From positions 192,001 through 256,000 of the forward strand of contig CAXWPJ010000012.1 of NCBI GenBank assembly GCA_963664115.2: DNA of 64,000 nt, read 5' to 3'. Source of the DNA: Terriglobia bacterium. Lineage in GTDB: Bacteria; Acidobacteriota; Terriglobia; 20CM-2-55-15. The notes under the pieces are model-generated. The model saw nothing but the letters and a program-made list of their open reading frames with translations, was not told the origin of the DNA and ran no database searches. Both the position numbers and the translations under genes were made by a program. This document shows, one piece after another, positions 1-8,472 of this stretch (position 1 is its first letter; every line of letters begins with the position of its first letter).

Positions 1-478
1 GGACAGCGAACTTTCTCTCGCCCCCGCAGGTGAACTCGGTTCGAAGCATACTGAGGTATGGAGCGAGTCCGGTGCCCGTAGAGATGAGTACAAGGTGCTT
101 GTCGGCGGGCGTGTCCTGGAGCGTGAACGCACCGGTGACCTTCGGCGACAACCACAGTCGATCTCCGATCGACAGCGCGAACAATCGAGGAGTGAGGGCG
201 CCGTCAGGAACCAGAACGACGTAGAACTCCATGTATTCTTTCCCAAGCGGCGACGAAGCGACCGAGAACGCACGTTTGATCAGCTTGTCCTTATTGGCAA
301 TTTTCTCCTCAGGTTCACTCGCCTCAAAACGTGGAGCGCTGCCGGGAAGTCCCAAGACCGCGAACTGTCCCGGCGTAAAATCAGACAATTCCCAGCCCTC
401 GGGTACGATGCGCATAATTGCTAGCCCCGGAGCAACCTCAATATTTTGTATCAGGATGGCATTCAGGTCGTTACTCAT
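1..478 (-). CDS. fpr: Ferredoxin/flavodoxin-NADP+ reductase (5' part, runs off the window)
   Basis: Not in the ORF track. Manual translation from ATG 478: MSNDLNAILIQNIEVAPGLAIMRIVPEGWELSDFTPGQFAVLG...KRAFSVASSP...GALTPRLF...LISTGTGLAPYLSM, with the FNR motifs R-x-[YF]-S, GxxT and TGTGxAP. AGAAGG SD upstream. Confidence 0.85.
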   Translation of the reverse strand, partial: MSNDLNAILIQNIEVAPGLAIMRIVPEGWELSDFTPGQFAVLGLPGSAPRFEASEPEEKIANKDKLIKRAFSVASSPLGKEYMEFYVVLVPDGALTPRLFALSIGDRLWLSPKVTGAFTLQDTPADKHLVLISTGTGLAPYLSMLRTEFTCGGERKFAV

Positions 479-847
479 ACTGTATCCCTTCTCTAACTGT
501 CGCCACGTGAACTCTCAGTGCAGTCATACCCATCAAGGTCATCCTATCGCAGCCGTTGGATAAGTGGGGCACAAAGACCTCAAGCCCGGTATTCACAATC
601 GCGAAAATTACAAAGGCGGCCTCAATTATGGCCCTTGGGCGCAAATAGGTTTTCAGATCCCTCCGGAAAGCGGATCTTTTTGTGTCACCGCAAAAGCTTC
701 GAGGATAAGAAGAACTTCATAAGAATCAAGAAACGGAACGGATCGGGACAGAGCTGGGAACCGGATCACCCGTGGAACGCGACAGCGATGCTCATCTGAA
801 TGAACGACTGAGCGAAACCTTTTATCGAGAAGTTCTAAGCGATAACG

Positions 848-2020
848 CTAGATCTCCATCGGCAGCTTCGAAAAACCCCGGAAGTTGGGCGTTGTCACCC
901 GTCTGGCGTGGGCGGTGTCCACCTCCCAGCGCCGACTGGCCTTGATCAGCTCTCCAAAAAGCAACTGGGCCATCATTCGGCCCAGCGGCGCGCCCACGCA
1001 GAAATGGACGCCCATCCCCATCGCCAGATGCCGTTGCTTCGGGCGGTGAATGTCGAGTACATCGGGATCCTTGAAGTTACGCTCATCACGATTCGCAGCT
1101 CCGATGTGAAGCAAGACCTGTGCGTTTTCGGCAATGGTCTTACCGTGCAGCCGGACATCGTGCGTGGGGCTGCGAACAAAACCCTGGGCCGGGGCGTCCC
1201 AGCGCATCGCCTCTTCCACAAACTGCGGTATCAATTCGGGGTCCCTCCGGAGCTGGGCCCAGACCCCGGGATGGACGGCCAAGGCGTGGCTTAGGTTCGT
1301 GAACAGGTTGTTCACCGATTCGAATCCCGCTGTCAGAAACGTCATCGTCGTCATGACGACTTGCTCCAGAGCCAGTTTGCTCCCGTTCTCTTCGGCCATG
1401 AGCATCGCGCTGAGAAGATCGTCTGCCGGCGCCGGGCTGCGCTTCTCGGCGAGCGCATGGACATACTCGCGAAGATTTCGCATCGCAACCATCTGTTTGG
1501 TTTCGATTCCTTCGGGTGCTCTTTCCGAAAGAAAAAAGTCGTCCAGCCATCGGCGTAAGCGGATGAAGTCCGTTTCCGGAACGCCGAACATCCCGCCCAG
1601 CACGGCCGCATTGAAAGGCGCTGAGATGTCGGCAACGAATTCGAACGACGCTTTCTCACGGGCGTCGGCCACCAAGCGCGCGACCAGGGCGGCGATTCTC
1701 GGACGCATCTCTTCGACCGTGCGCGTCGTGAAGGCCTGATCCACAAGACCGCGGGCAGTTTCGTGCGCGGGAGGATCAGTCGTCCCCAAGGTAAGGCCAA
1801 TACGTTCGGGCCTGTCGTGCAACAGGTTGCCCCGACGGGCGGAAGACCATGTCTTCCAATTCCTGAACGCGGCTGCGACGTCATCAAACCGGGTGATCAC
1901 CCAAATGTCTTCTGTTGTGGAGTAGTGCGCCGGATCCTCGTCCCGCAACCATTTATAACTGGGATAGGGATCGTCGGCTGCGACGAGAAGCGCTGTGTAA
2001 TCAAAGGGCCCGGTCACCAC
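848..2020 (-). CDS. Cytochrome P450
   Basis: I-helix AGFES, ExxR (EAMR), heme-thiolate motif HLAMGMGVHFCVG, DPPxH. Confidence 0.95.
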   Translation of the reverse strand: MVTGPFDYTALLVAADDPYPSYKWLRDEDPAHYSTTEDIWVITRFDDVAAAFRNWKTWSSARRGNLLHDRPERIGLTLGTTDPPAHETARGLVDQAFTTRTVEEMRPRIAALVARLVADAREKASFEFVADISAPFNAAVLGGMFGVPETDFIRLRRWLDDFFLSERAPEGIETKQMVAMRNLREYVHALAEKRSPAPADDLLSAMLMAEENGSKLALEQVVMTTMTFLTAGFESVNNLFTNLSHALAVHPGVWAQLRRDPELIPQFVEEAMRWDAPAQGFVRSPTHDVRLHGKTIAENAQVLLHIGAANRDERNFKDPDVLDIHRPKQRHLAMGMGVHFCVGAPLGRMMAQLLFGELIKASRRWEVDTAHARRVTTPNFRGFSKLPMEI

Positions 2021-2055
2021 CGTTCTGCCACCTCAGTGGAGAGCTTTTCGATTTC

Positions 2056-2637
2056 CTAACTCCGAGAATAGTCCGGAGCGTTGCCCTCGATCCACTTGAT
2101 GTTGCAACCCGCACTCGGCCTCTGGTCCTCCGGCACCGGACGTCCTTCGAGAACTGCGTCCGCTGCGGCCCGTAGATCAGCGCCGCTGACTGGGATCTCG
2201 TTGCCCGGCCGGCTTCCATCGAATCGGCCTCTGTAGACGAGCCTCCGATTGCGGTCGAAGAGGAAAAAGTCCGGCGTGCATGCGGCTTGATAGGCCTTGG
2301 CCACCGTCTGAGTTTCGTCGAAAAGATAGGGAAATACGTAGCCCGCGTCCTGTGCTTCTTCTTGCATATGGGGCAAATCGTCTTCGGGAAAAGCAACCGT
2401 ATCGTTAGAGCTGATCCCTACGATGGCAAGGTCGGTGTCCTCGTAATCGCGGGCGAACTGTGCAAGGCCAGCACGGATGTGTTTGACGAACGGACAATGA
2501 TTACAGATGAACATGACAAGAAGTCCCGTCCGATCCGAGAAGTCAGCGGAAGAGACCCGTTCACCATCAATGGAGGGCAGACTGAACGGCGGCACTTCCC
2601 GACCCAGGGGAAGCATCGTGGACGGTGTTAAACCCAT
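2056..2637 (-). CDS. Thioredoxin-fold AhpC/TSA-like redoxin
   Basis: FICNHCPFV, YLFDETQ, ACTPDFF, GCNIKW. Start moved to ATG 2637 (MGLTPSTMLPLG). Confidence 0.85.
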   Translation of the reverse strand: MGLTPSTMLPLGREVPPFSLPSIDGERVSSADFSDRTGLLVMFICNHCPFVKHIRAGLAQFARDYEDTDLAIVGISSNDTVAFPEDDLPHMQEEAQDAGYVFPYLFDETQTVAKAYQAACTPDFFLFDRNRRLVYRGRFDGSRPGNEIPVSGADLRAAADAVLEGRPVPEDQRPSAGCNIKWIEGNAPDYSRS

Positions 2638-2719
2638 ATCGCGTGACCTCTCACCGGTTGTGCTCTCCTGTACTGGTTGTGTCTGATCAGAGTGTGCGTC
2701 GTGTGCGGAAGATCGGGGT

Positions 2720-3619
2720 TTATGGTAATCCGCTGCGAACGACCTCTCGGATCGTAGCCACACGCAGCGGATAGGTTCCGATGACTTTGACGGCGCGTCT
2801 TCCACCCTTAAGCTGGGAAATCGCCTCTCCGACTCTGTCGCTCTCCATCGTACCGATAAAATCTACATGATATATCGACTCGGAATCGGTCCCGCGAACA
2901 GGACGGGAAAGCACGTTGGTCAGCGGAATTCCGCACTCGATGAACGGCCGGAGTACTCCCCAGTCTCGCCGCTCCGAATGCGGCACCTGGAAACAAATAC
3001 TGGTCTTCCGTGAATCGCTCGCGGGTCTCTCGACCCCCGGATTGTCTGGAGCGCACATGAGCAGGAAGCGTGTGTAGTTTTCGGGATGGTCCTGAATTCC
3101 TGAGCGCAAAACCTCTCCACCGTATACTTCTGCACTACGTGCGCTCCCGATTGCGCCCGTATGAGGGGTCTTCTCACGGACGACCAGTTCGACCGCCCCC
3201 GCCGTGTCGAAAGCAGCTACGGGTTCCATTTTCAGCTGAGTTTTCAAAGACTGCTCGCATTGGGCCAATGCGATCGGATGGGAGAGGACCCGTCGAACGT
3301 CTTCGATCGGCATCCCTTTCGGAACAATCAGGCAATGCGAAATCGTCTGCACCGTCTCGTCGATGATGATCAGATCGTTCTGGGCAAGCAGATCGTATGT
3401 TTCGTCGATCGGGCCAACGAGTGTGTTCTCAACCGGAATGACCGCGTAAGGGGCCTGGCCCCGAGCGACACTGTCGAACACGTCCTGAAGCGTCTTTAAA
3501 CCGAGGAGCCGGGAATCCCTGGATACAAAATCGAAAGTGGCATCCTCGCTGAACGCACCGGGTTGCCCCTGGTATGCGACGTCGTATTCGGCTGTTCCCA
3601 TCGATTTAGCCAACGGCAT
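2720..3619 (-). CDS. pheA: Prephenate dehydratase with divergent C-terminal ACT domain
   Basis: AYQGxPGAFSE, PVENT, SHPxALxQC, NYTRF catalytic motif, xSRP. Confidence 0.9.
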   Translation of the reverse strand: MPLAKSMGTAEYDVAYQGQPGAFSEDATFDFVSRDSRLLGLKTLQDVFDSVARGQAPYAVIPVENTLVGPIDETYDLLAQNDLIIIDETVQTISHCLIVPKGMPIEDVRRVLSHPIALAQCEQSLKTQLKMEPVAAFDTAGAVELVVREKTPHTGAIGSARSAEVYGGEVLRSGIQDHPENYTRFLLMCAPDNPGVERPASDSRKTSICFQVPHSERRDWGVLRPFIECGIPLTNVLSRPVRGTDSESIYHVDFIGTMESDRVGEAISQLKGGRRAVKVIGTYPLRVATIREVVRSGLP

Positions 3620-3678
3620 ATGGACTCGCCTACCTTTCCTCTCCTGTGTTTCCCCGCTCCATATTATCTGGCAAAAGG

Positions 3679-3753
3679 GGGTCAGAGCCCTATTTACCCA
3701 ATTAATAACCGGAATAAATGTAGATCATAATTGGGGATATAGGGCTCTGACCC
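3679..3753. repeat. REP-like long inverted repeat (15-bp perfect arms plus inner CCCAATTA/TAATTGGG) downstream of ilvA
   Basis: GGGTCAGAGCCCTAT (3679-3693) and ATAGGGCTCTGACCC (3739-3753) are exact reverse complements; the interior is AT-rich. Confidence 0.8.
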
Positions 3754-3755
3754 TA

Positions 3756-5030
3756 TTAAACCAGGTGGCGGAGCAGGTCGGGGTTGTCGTTCAGATACTC
3801 TCCGAAGAAGCCACGGTCTTTCATTCGTCGGATCAAGGGTTCCAGGTCTTCCTTGTTTCTCAACTCGACGCCGACTACCGCCGGGCCTCTCTCCCGATCC
3901 GTCTTCTTCGAGTAGGCGAAGTGCGTGATGTCGTCGCCCGGCCCCAGGACATCAACAACGAACTGACGCAGCGCTCCGGAACGCTGCGGAAAACGCACGA
4001 TGAAATAGTGCTTCACGCCCTCGTATATCAGCGCACGCTCCCGAATCTCTTCGATTCTCCGAAAGTCGTTATTGCCGCCACTGATGAGACAGGCCACGGT
4101 CTTTCCTTTTATGCGATCCCTAAAATCTTCAAGTGCGGCAACAGCCAAAGCTCCGGCGGGCTCGACGATGATTCCGTTTTCGTTATATAGCCTCAGTATA
4201 GTGGCGCATAACCGCCCTTCAGGAACGGTTACAACGTCGTCGAGAACCTCTCTGCAGATCTGGAAGCTCAACTCCCCCACCCGCTGAACGGCCGCTCCAT
4301 CGGTGAAAACGTCGATCGTTTTGAGCCGGACCGGATGACCCGCGCGAAACGCCTCGACCATTGAGGGCGCGCCTTCGGGCTGAACGCCGATGATCTGAGT
4401 ATTTGGAGACTTCGCTTTAACCCAACTTCCTACGCCGGCGGCCAATCCACCGCCGCCCACGGGTAAAAACATGATGTCGATCGCGTCACCGGCGGCTTCA
4501 AGCATCTCGATCCCCACCGTTCCCTGGCCTTCGATGACGACAGGATCGTCAAAGGGGTGCACGTAGATGGAACCGTCGGCCTCCGTCCGGCGAACAGCTT
4601 CCCGTTCAGCATCGTCAAAGACGTCACCAACCATCTCGATGTCGACTCCCGGTCCGCCAAGCGCACGCACACGTTCAGTCTTCTGACTGGGTGTAGTCAG
4701 CGGCATATATATTGTTGCGTGAATTCCCAGTTTCCTGGCGACGTAAGCGACGCCCTGGGCATGGTTACCCGCACTTGCGCATGAAACGCCTTTGAGAAGT
4801 TCCTCGTCCGAACAACTGCGGATCTTGTTGTAGGCGCCTCTAATTTTGTAGGAACGGACCAGCTGCAGATCTTCTCGCTTGAGCAGGATGTTGGCTTCGT
4901 AATCTTCGGAGAGGTTCCGGTCGCGTTCCATGGGAGTACGGACAACGACGTTTTTCACGCGCTTCGCAGCCCTCCCAATGGCGTCCGGTTTCGGACGCCA
5001 TGTCAGATCGGGAGGTTCTTGATGTTTCAC
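3756..5030 (-). CDS. ilvA: Threonine ammonia-lyase, biosynthetic (short form)
   Basis: KREDLQ.VRSYKIRGA PLP lysine, SAGNHAQG, VGGGGL, single C-terminal ACT-like domain. Confidence 0.95.
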   Translation of the reverse strand: MKHQEPPDLTWRPKPDAIGRAAKRVKNVVVRTPMERDRNLSEDYEANILLKREDLQLVRSYKIRGAYNKIRSCSDEELLKGVSCASAGNHAQGVAYVARKLGIHATIYMPLTTPSQKTERVRALGGPGVDIEMVGDVFDDAEREAVRRTEADGSIYVHPFDDPVVIEGQGTVGIEMLEAAGDAIDIMFLPVGGGGLAAGVGSWVKAKSPNTQIIGVQPEGAPSMVEAFRAGHPVRLKTIDVFTDGAAVQRVGELSFQICREVLDDVVTVPEGRLCATILRLYNENGIIVEPAGALAVAALEDFRDRIKGKTVACLISGGNNDFRRIEEIRERALIYEGVKHYFIVRFPQRSGALRQFVVDVLGPGDDITHFAYSKKTDRERGPAVVGVELRNKEDLEPLIRRMKDRGFFGEYLNDNPDLLRHLV

Positions 5031-6136
5031 TTGGTTGCGTGCGCTTCCTTCGCGGCGGCCGCTCCCGTAGTTTCCTTCACCGGACGGTCCGTCTTGGATT
5101 CGGCCCGCAACTGCCGGACCTGCTTCCCGGTACGCCAGATCTCTTCACTCCCCAACGCGTCCAACTCCGCTTCGAGCCGCTCCCGATAATCGTCCTTGCT
5201 GCACGTTTCGATGACAATTCGGGCTTCCTCGCCCGAGCGCACGCTCTCGTAAAGCTCCTCATACACCGGTGTCACGGCTTCACGAAACTTATGACGCCAG
5301 TCCAAGGCTCCGCGTTGGGCTGTCGTCGAACAATTGGCATACATCCAGTCCATTCCGTTTTCGGCCACAAGCGGCATCAAACTTTGAGTCAATTCTTCAA
5401 CGGTCTCGTTGAAGGCTTCTGAAGGAGAGTGGCCGTTCTTTCGGAGTACGTTAAACTGCGCCTCGAACACTCCAGCAATCGCGCCCATCAATACGCCGCG
5501 CTCTCCGGTCAAATCCGAATAGACTTCCTTGCGGAAATCGGTCTCGAAGAGGTAGCCGGAACCGACGCCGATGCCGAGAGATATGACGCGCTCCATCGCA
5601 CGCCCGGTTGCATCCTGGAAAACGGCGTAGCTGGAGTTCAGCCCCTTCCCGGCGACAAACAGCCGACGCAACGATGTCCCCGAACCTTTAGGGGCGATCA
5701 GAACCACATCGATGTCATCGGGAGGAATGACATGGGTCTGATCCTTGAACGTCACCGCAAATCCGTGGGAAAAATAAAGACACTTGCCCGCGGTAAGATG
5801 CGGATTCACCTTGTCCCATTGGGCAATCTGGCCGGCATCGGAGAGGAGATACTGGATAATCGTTCCGCGCGCGGCCGCTTCTTCGATCTCAAAAAGGCTC
5901 TCGCCTTCGACCCACCCGTCCTGAACGGCTTTGTCCCACGTACGCGAGGCTTTCCTCTGCCCCACGATAACGTTGAATCCATTGTCCTTCAGATTGAGCG
6001 CCTGTCCGGGTCCCTGGACCCCGTACCCCAGGACCGCAATGGTTTCATCCTTCAAACTTTCGCGAGACTTGTCCAAAGACCACTCTTCTCGTGTGGTCAC
6101 GTTCTCCTCAACGTCACCGAATCGTATCTTTGCCAT
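5027..6136 (-). CDS. ilvC: Ketol-acid reductoisomerase (Bacteroidota/fungal Ilv5-like form)
   Basis: GYGVQG, FSHGF, APKGSG, SDLTGERGVLMG, NCSTTAQRGALDW. Confidence 0.95.
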   Translation of the reverse strand: MAKIRFGDVEENVTTREEWSLDKSRESLKDETIAVLGYGVQGPGQALNLKDNGFNVIVGQRKASRTWDKAVQDGWVEGESLFEIEEAAARGTIIQYLLSDAGQIAQWDKVNPHLTAGKCLYFSHGFAVTFKDQTHVIPPDDIDVVLIAPKGSGTSLRRLFVAGKGLNSSYAVFQDATGRAMERVISLGIGVGSGYLFETDFRKEVYSDLTGERGVLMGAIAGVFEAQFNVLRKNGHSPSEAFNETVEELTQSLMPLVAENGMDWMYANCSTTAQRGALDWRHKFREAVTPVYEELYESVRSGEEARIVIETCSKDDYRERLEAELDALGSEEIWRTGKQVRQLRAESKTDRPVKETTGAAAAKEAHATK

Positions 6137-6142
6137 ACTGCT

Positions 6143-6670
6143 TTAACCTCCGTTTTTCGCGTCTGCTGACGCATCGATTTGGGCAAGTGAGGGCTTCGTG
6201 ACGGTTATGCTTCCTGACCTCACGAATTCCATTACCCCGAAAGGCTCCAAACTGCCGGACAACTCTTCGATCTCGTCCTGTGATCCGGTCTTTTCCACAA
6301 CGACATAGCCCGAACCCGCTATGAGGATCCGCGCACGGCTCGTCCGTACAATTTTTCCAAGAGAATTTCCAACTGCCCCCGCGTCCAGGGACAGCTTGAA
6401 CAGGGCCACCTGCCGTGCATGGGTTTCAACGTCGCGGTGGAAGCTCACCTCGAGCACACCGACAGCCGCGCCGATCTGCTTGACGGCCCGGCGAACCCGG
6501 TCCGGGATTGATCGAACGACGACAGTATGCTGGTACAACTTGGATGCATCACCGTTCGTACAGGTGAAGCTTTCAATCTTCACGCGATGACGCCCCAGGC
6601 ACGCCACTAAACGCAACAGAGAAGCCGAGTCGTTCTCCGTGAGCACCGAAACTGTAAATTGCGGGTCCAC
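6143..6670 (-). CDS. ilvN: Acetolactate synthase small (regulatory) subunit, divergent
   Basis: ACT fold SVLTEN..., C-terminal EKTG...LEPFGVMEFVRSG; lies between ilvB and ilvC. Confidence 0.85.
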   Translation of the reverse strand: MDPQFTVSVLTENDSASLLRLVACLGRHRVKIESFTCTNGDASKLYQHTVVVRSIPDRVRRAVKQIGAAVGVLEVSFHRDVETHARQVALFKLSLDAGAVGNSLGKIVRTSRARILIAGSGYVVVEKTGSQDEIEELSGSLEPFGVMEFVRSGSITVTKPSLAQIDASADAKNGG

Positions 6671-6689
6671 TGGTTTCCTCTAAAAAAGC

Positions 6690-8471
6690 TTATTCCAGTC
6701 GGATTTCAGAACAGGCGGCACCGGAAGGGACCATCGGGAACACGTTGTCCTCCCGTTCCACCGCCACTTCCAGCAGAAAAGACGACTCCGACCCCAGCAT
6801 CGCATCAATCGCCTCACCGAGTTGTTCTCTTTGACTCACCCGCTTCCCTTCCATACCGTATGCCGCTGCAACGGCCACGAAGTCCGGATTCATCAATTCG
6901 GTCGCTGAGTAACGGCGCGAAAAGAACAACTGTTGCCATTGACGCACCATTCCCAGGTACTCGTTGTTCAGGATCATCATCTTGACGGGAATCTTCGCCT
7001 GGAAGATCGTCCCCAACTCCTGGAGCGTCATCTGGAACCCACCGTCACCAATAATGGCAACAATCAGACGGTCCTGCCGTGCAACAGCTGCGCCAATCGC
7101 TGCCGGCAGGGCAAACCCCATCGTCCCGAGGCCACCGGAGGTTATGGTTCCGCTGCCTTCATCGAACTTGTAATAGCGGGCTGCAGCCATCTGGTGTTGT
7201 CCTACGTCGGTGACGATAATGGCTTTTCCTTCGCTGCGCTCGGACAACTGATGGATGACTTCCGCCATCCGAAGTCCGGGAGAGTCGGGATGAATGTCTT
7301 TTTGAATGACCCGGTCGAGTTCGATTGCGTCGCACTCCCGAAACTCGGCAAGCCACTCCTCGTGAGAGGCCGGTCCGACCGCTTCGGCGAGTGCCCGAAG
7401 AGCGTCCTTGGCATCGGCAACGATCGCAACATCGGTCTTGACGTTCTTGTCGATCTCGGACCGGTCGATATCGATATGGATGACCTTTGCCTGGGTCGCA
7501 TACTTGGAAAGGTCACCGGTCACGCGATCATCAAACCGCATTCCGACTGCGATCAAGAGATCGCACTCGTTGGTCTTGACGTTCGGCCCGTAGTTTCCAT
7601 GCATGCCCAACATGCCGGTATGTAACCGATGACGGCTGGGCAACGCCGACAGTCCCAGAAGTGTGCACGCGAACGGGAGCCCTGCCTTTTCGACCAAGGC
7701 CTTCAATTCGGCCTGTGCCCCGGAAAGCAGGACGCCCTGTCCCACCAGAACAAACGGTCTTCGTGACTGGTCGATCAACCGGGCCCCGGCCCGAACACTT
7801 GCAGGTTCCAATGTGGGCCGCGGCCGGTAACCCCGGACATCATCGACCCTCACCGGACGGTAGTCGAGGGTACCGATCTGAGCATCCTTTGTGATATCGA
7901 CCAACACGGGTCCGGGTCGTCCCGACCGTGCGATATAGAGGGCCTTGGCAATCACTTCGGGGATCTCTTCAGGCCGCGTGATCTGGTAGTTCCACTTTGT
8001 CAGCGGCGCGCTCACCGATATGATGTCCGTCTCCTGAAACGCGTCCGAACCGAGCATCTTTGAGGGTACTTGACCGGTGATACAGACCACAGCGGTGCTG
8101 TCCATCTTCGCGTCTGCAATTCCGGTGATCAGGTTCGTCGCTCCGGGGCCGGATGTGGCAATACATACGCCCGGTCGTCCCGAGGCGCGCGCATAGCCCT
8201 GGGCGGCATGGATCGATCCCTGTTCGTGACGGACAAGAATGTGTCGAATCTGATGGTCGTACTCGAAAAGGGCATCGTATACGGGCATGATCGCGCCACC
8301 CGGGTATCCGAAAACCGTACGGACACCCTCCTGCAACAACGACAGCACGACCGCTTCCGATCCCGACACTGTCTGTGGCGGTTGGACGATAGCTTCCGGC
8401 GCTATCGTTCCAGCATTGTTCGCGCTTCGGGCTTCCTCTTCCCTGTTTAAAGTTGTCTTGCTTTGCGACAT
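6690..8471 (-). CDS. ilvB: Acetolactate synthase large subunit
   Basis: FGYPGGAIMP, RHEQG, TSGPGATN, GMHG, GDGGFQM ThDP motif, NNxYLGMVRQWQ. Confidence 0.97.
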   Translation of the reverse strand: MSQSKTTLNREEEARSANNAGTIAPEAIVQPPQTVSGSEAVVLSLLQEGVRTVFGYPGGAIMPVYDALFEYDHQIRHILVRHEQGSIHAAQGYARASGRPGVCIATSGPGATNLITGIADAKMDSTAVVCITGQVPSKMLGSDAFQETDIISVSAPLTKWNYQITRPEEIPEVIAKALYIARSGRPGPVLVDITKDAQIGTLDYRPVRVDDVRGYRPRPTLEPASVRAGARLIDQSRRPFVLVGQGVLLSGAQAELKALVEKAGLPFACTLLGLSALPSRHRLHTGMLGMHGNYGPNVKTNECDLLIAVGMRFDDRVTGDLSKYATQAKVIHIDIDRSEIDKNVKTDVAIVADAKDALRALAEAVGPASHEEWLAEFRECDAIELDRVIQKDIHPDSPGLRMAEVIHQLSERSEGKAIIVTDVGQHQMAAARYYKFDEGSGTITSGGLGTMGFALPAAIGAAVARQDRLIVAIIGDGGFQMTLQELGTIFQAKIPVKMMILNNEYLGMVRQWQQLFFSRRYSATELMNPDFVAVAAAYGMEGKRVSQREQLGEAIDAMLGSESSFLLEVAVEREDNVFPMVPSGAACSEIRLE

Positions 8472-8472
8472 C

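Noticed and set aside
636-705. c-di-GMP-I riboswitch (GGAAA loop and CGCAAAAGC)
   Set aside because: Spacing and P1/P2 pairing do not fit, and it is on the wrong strand for fpr.
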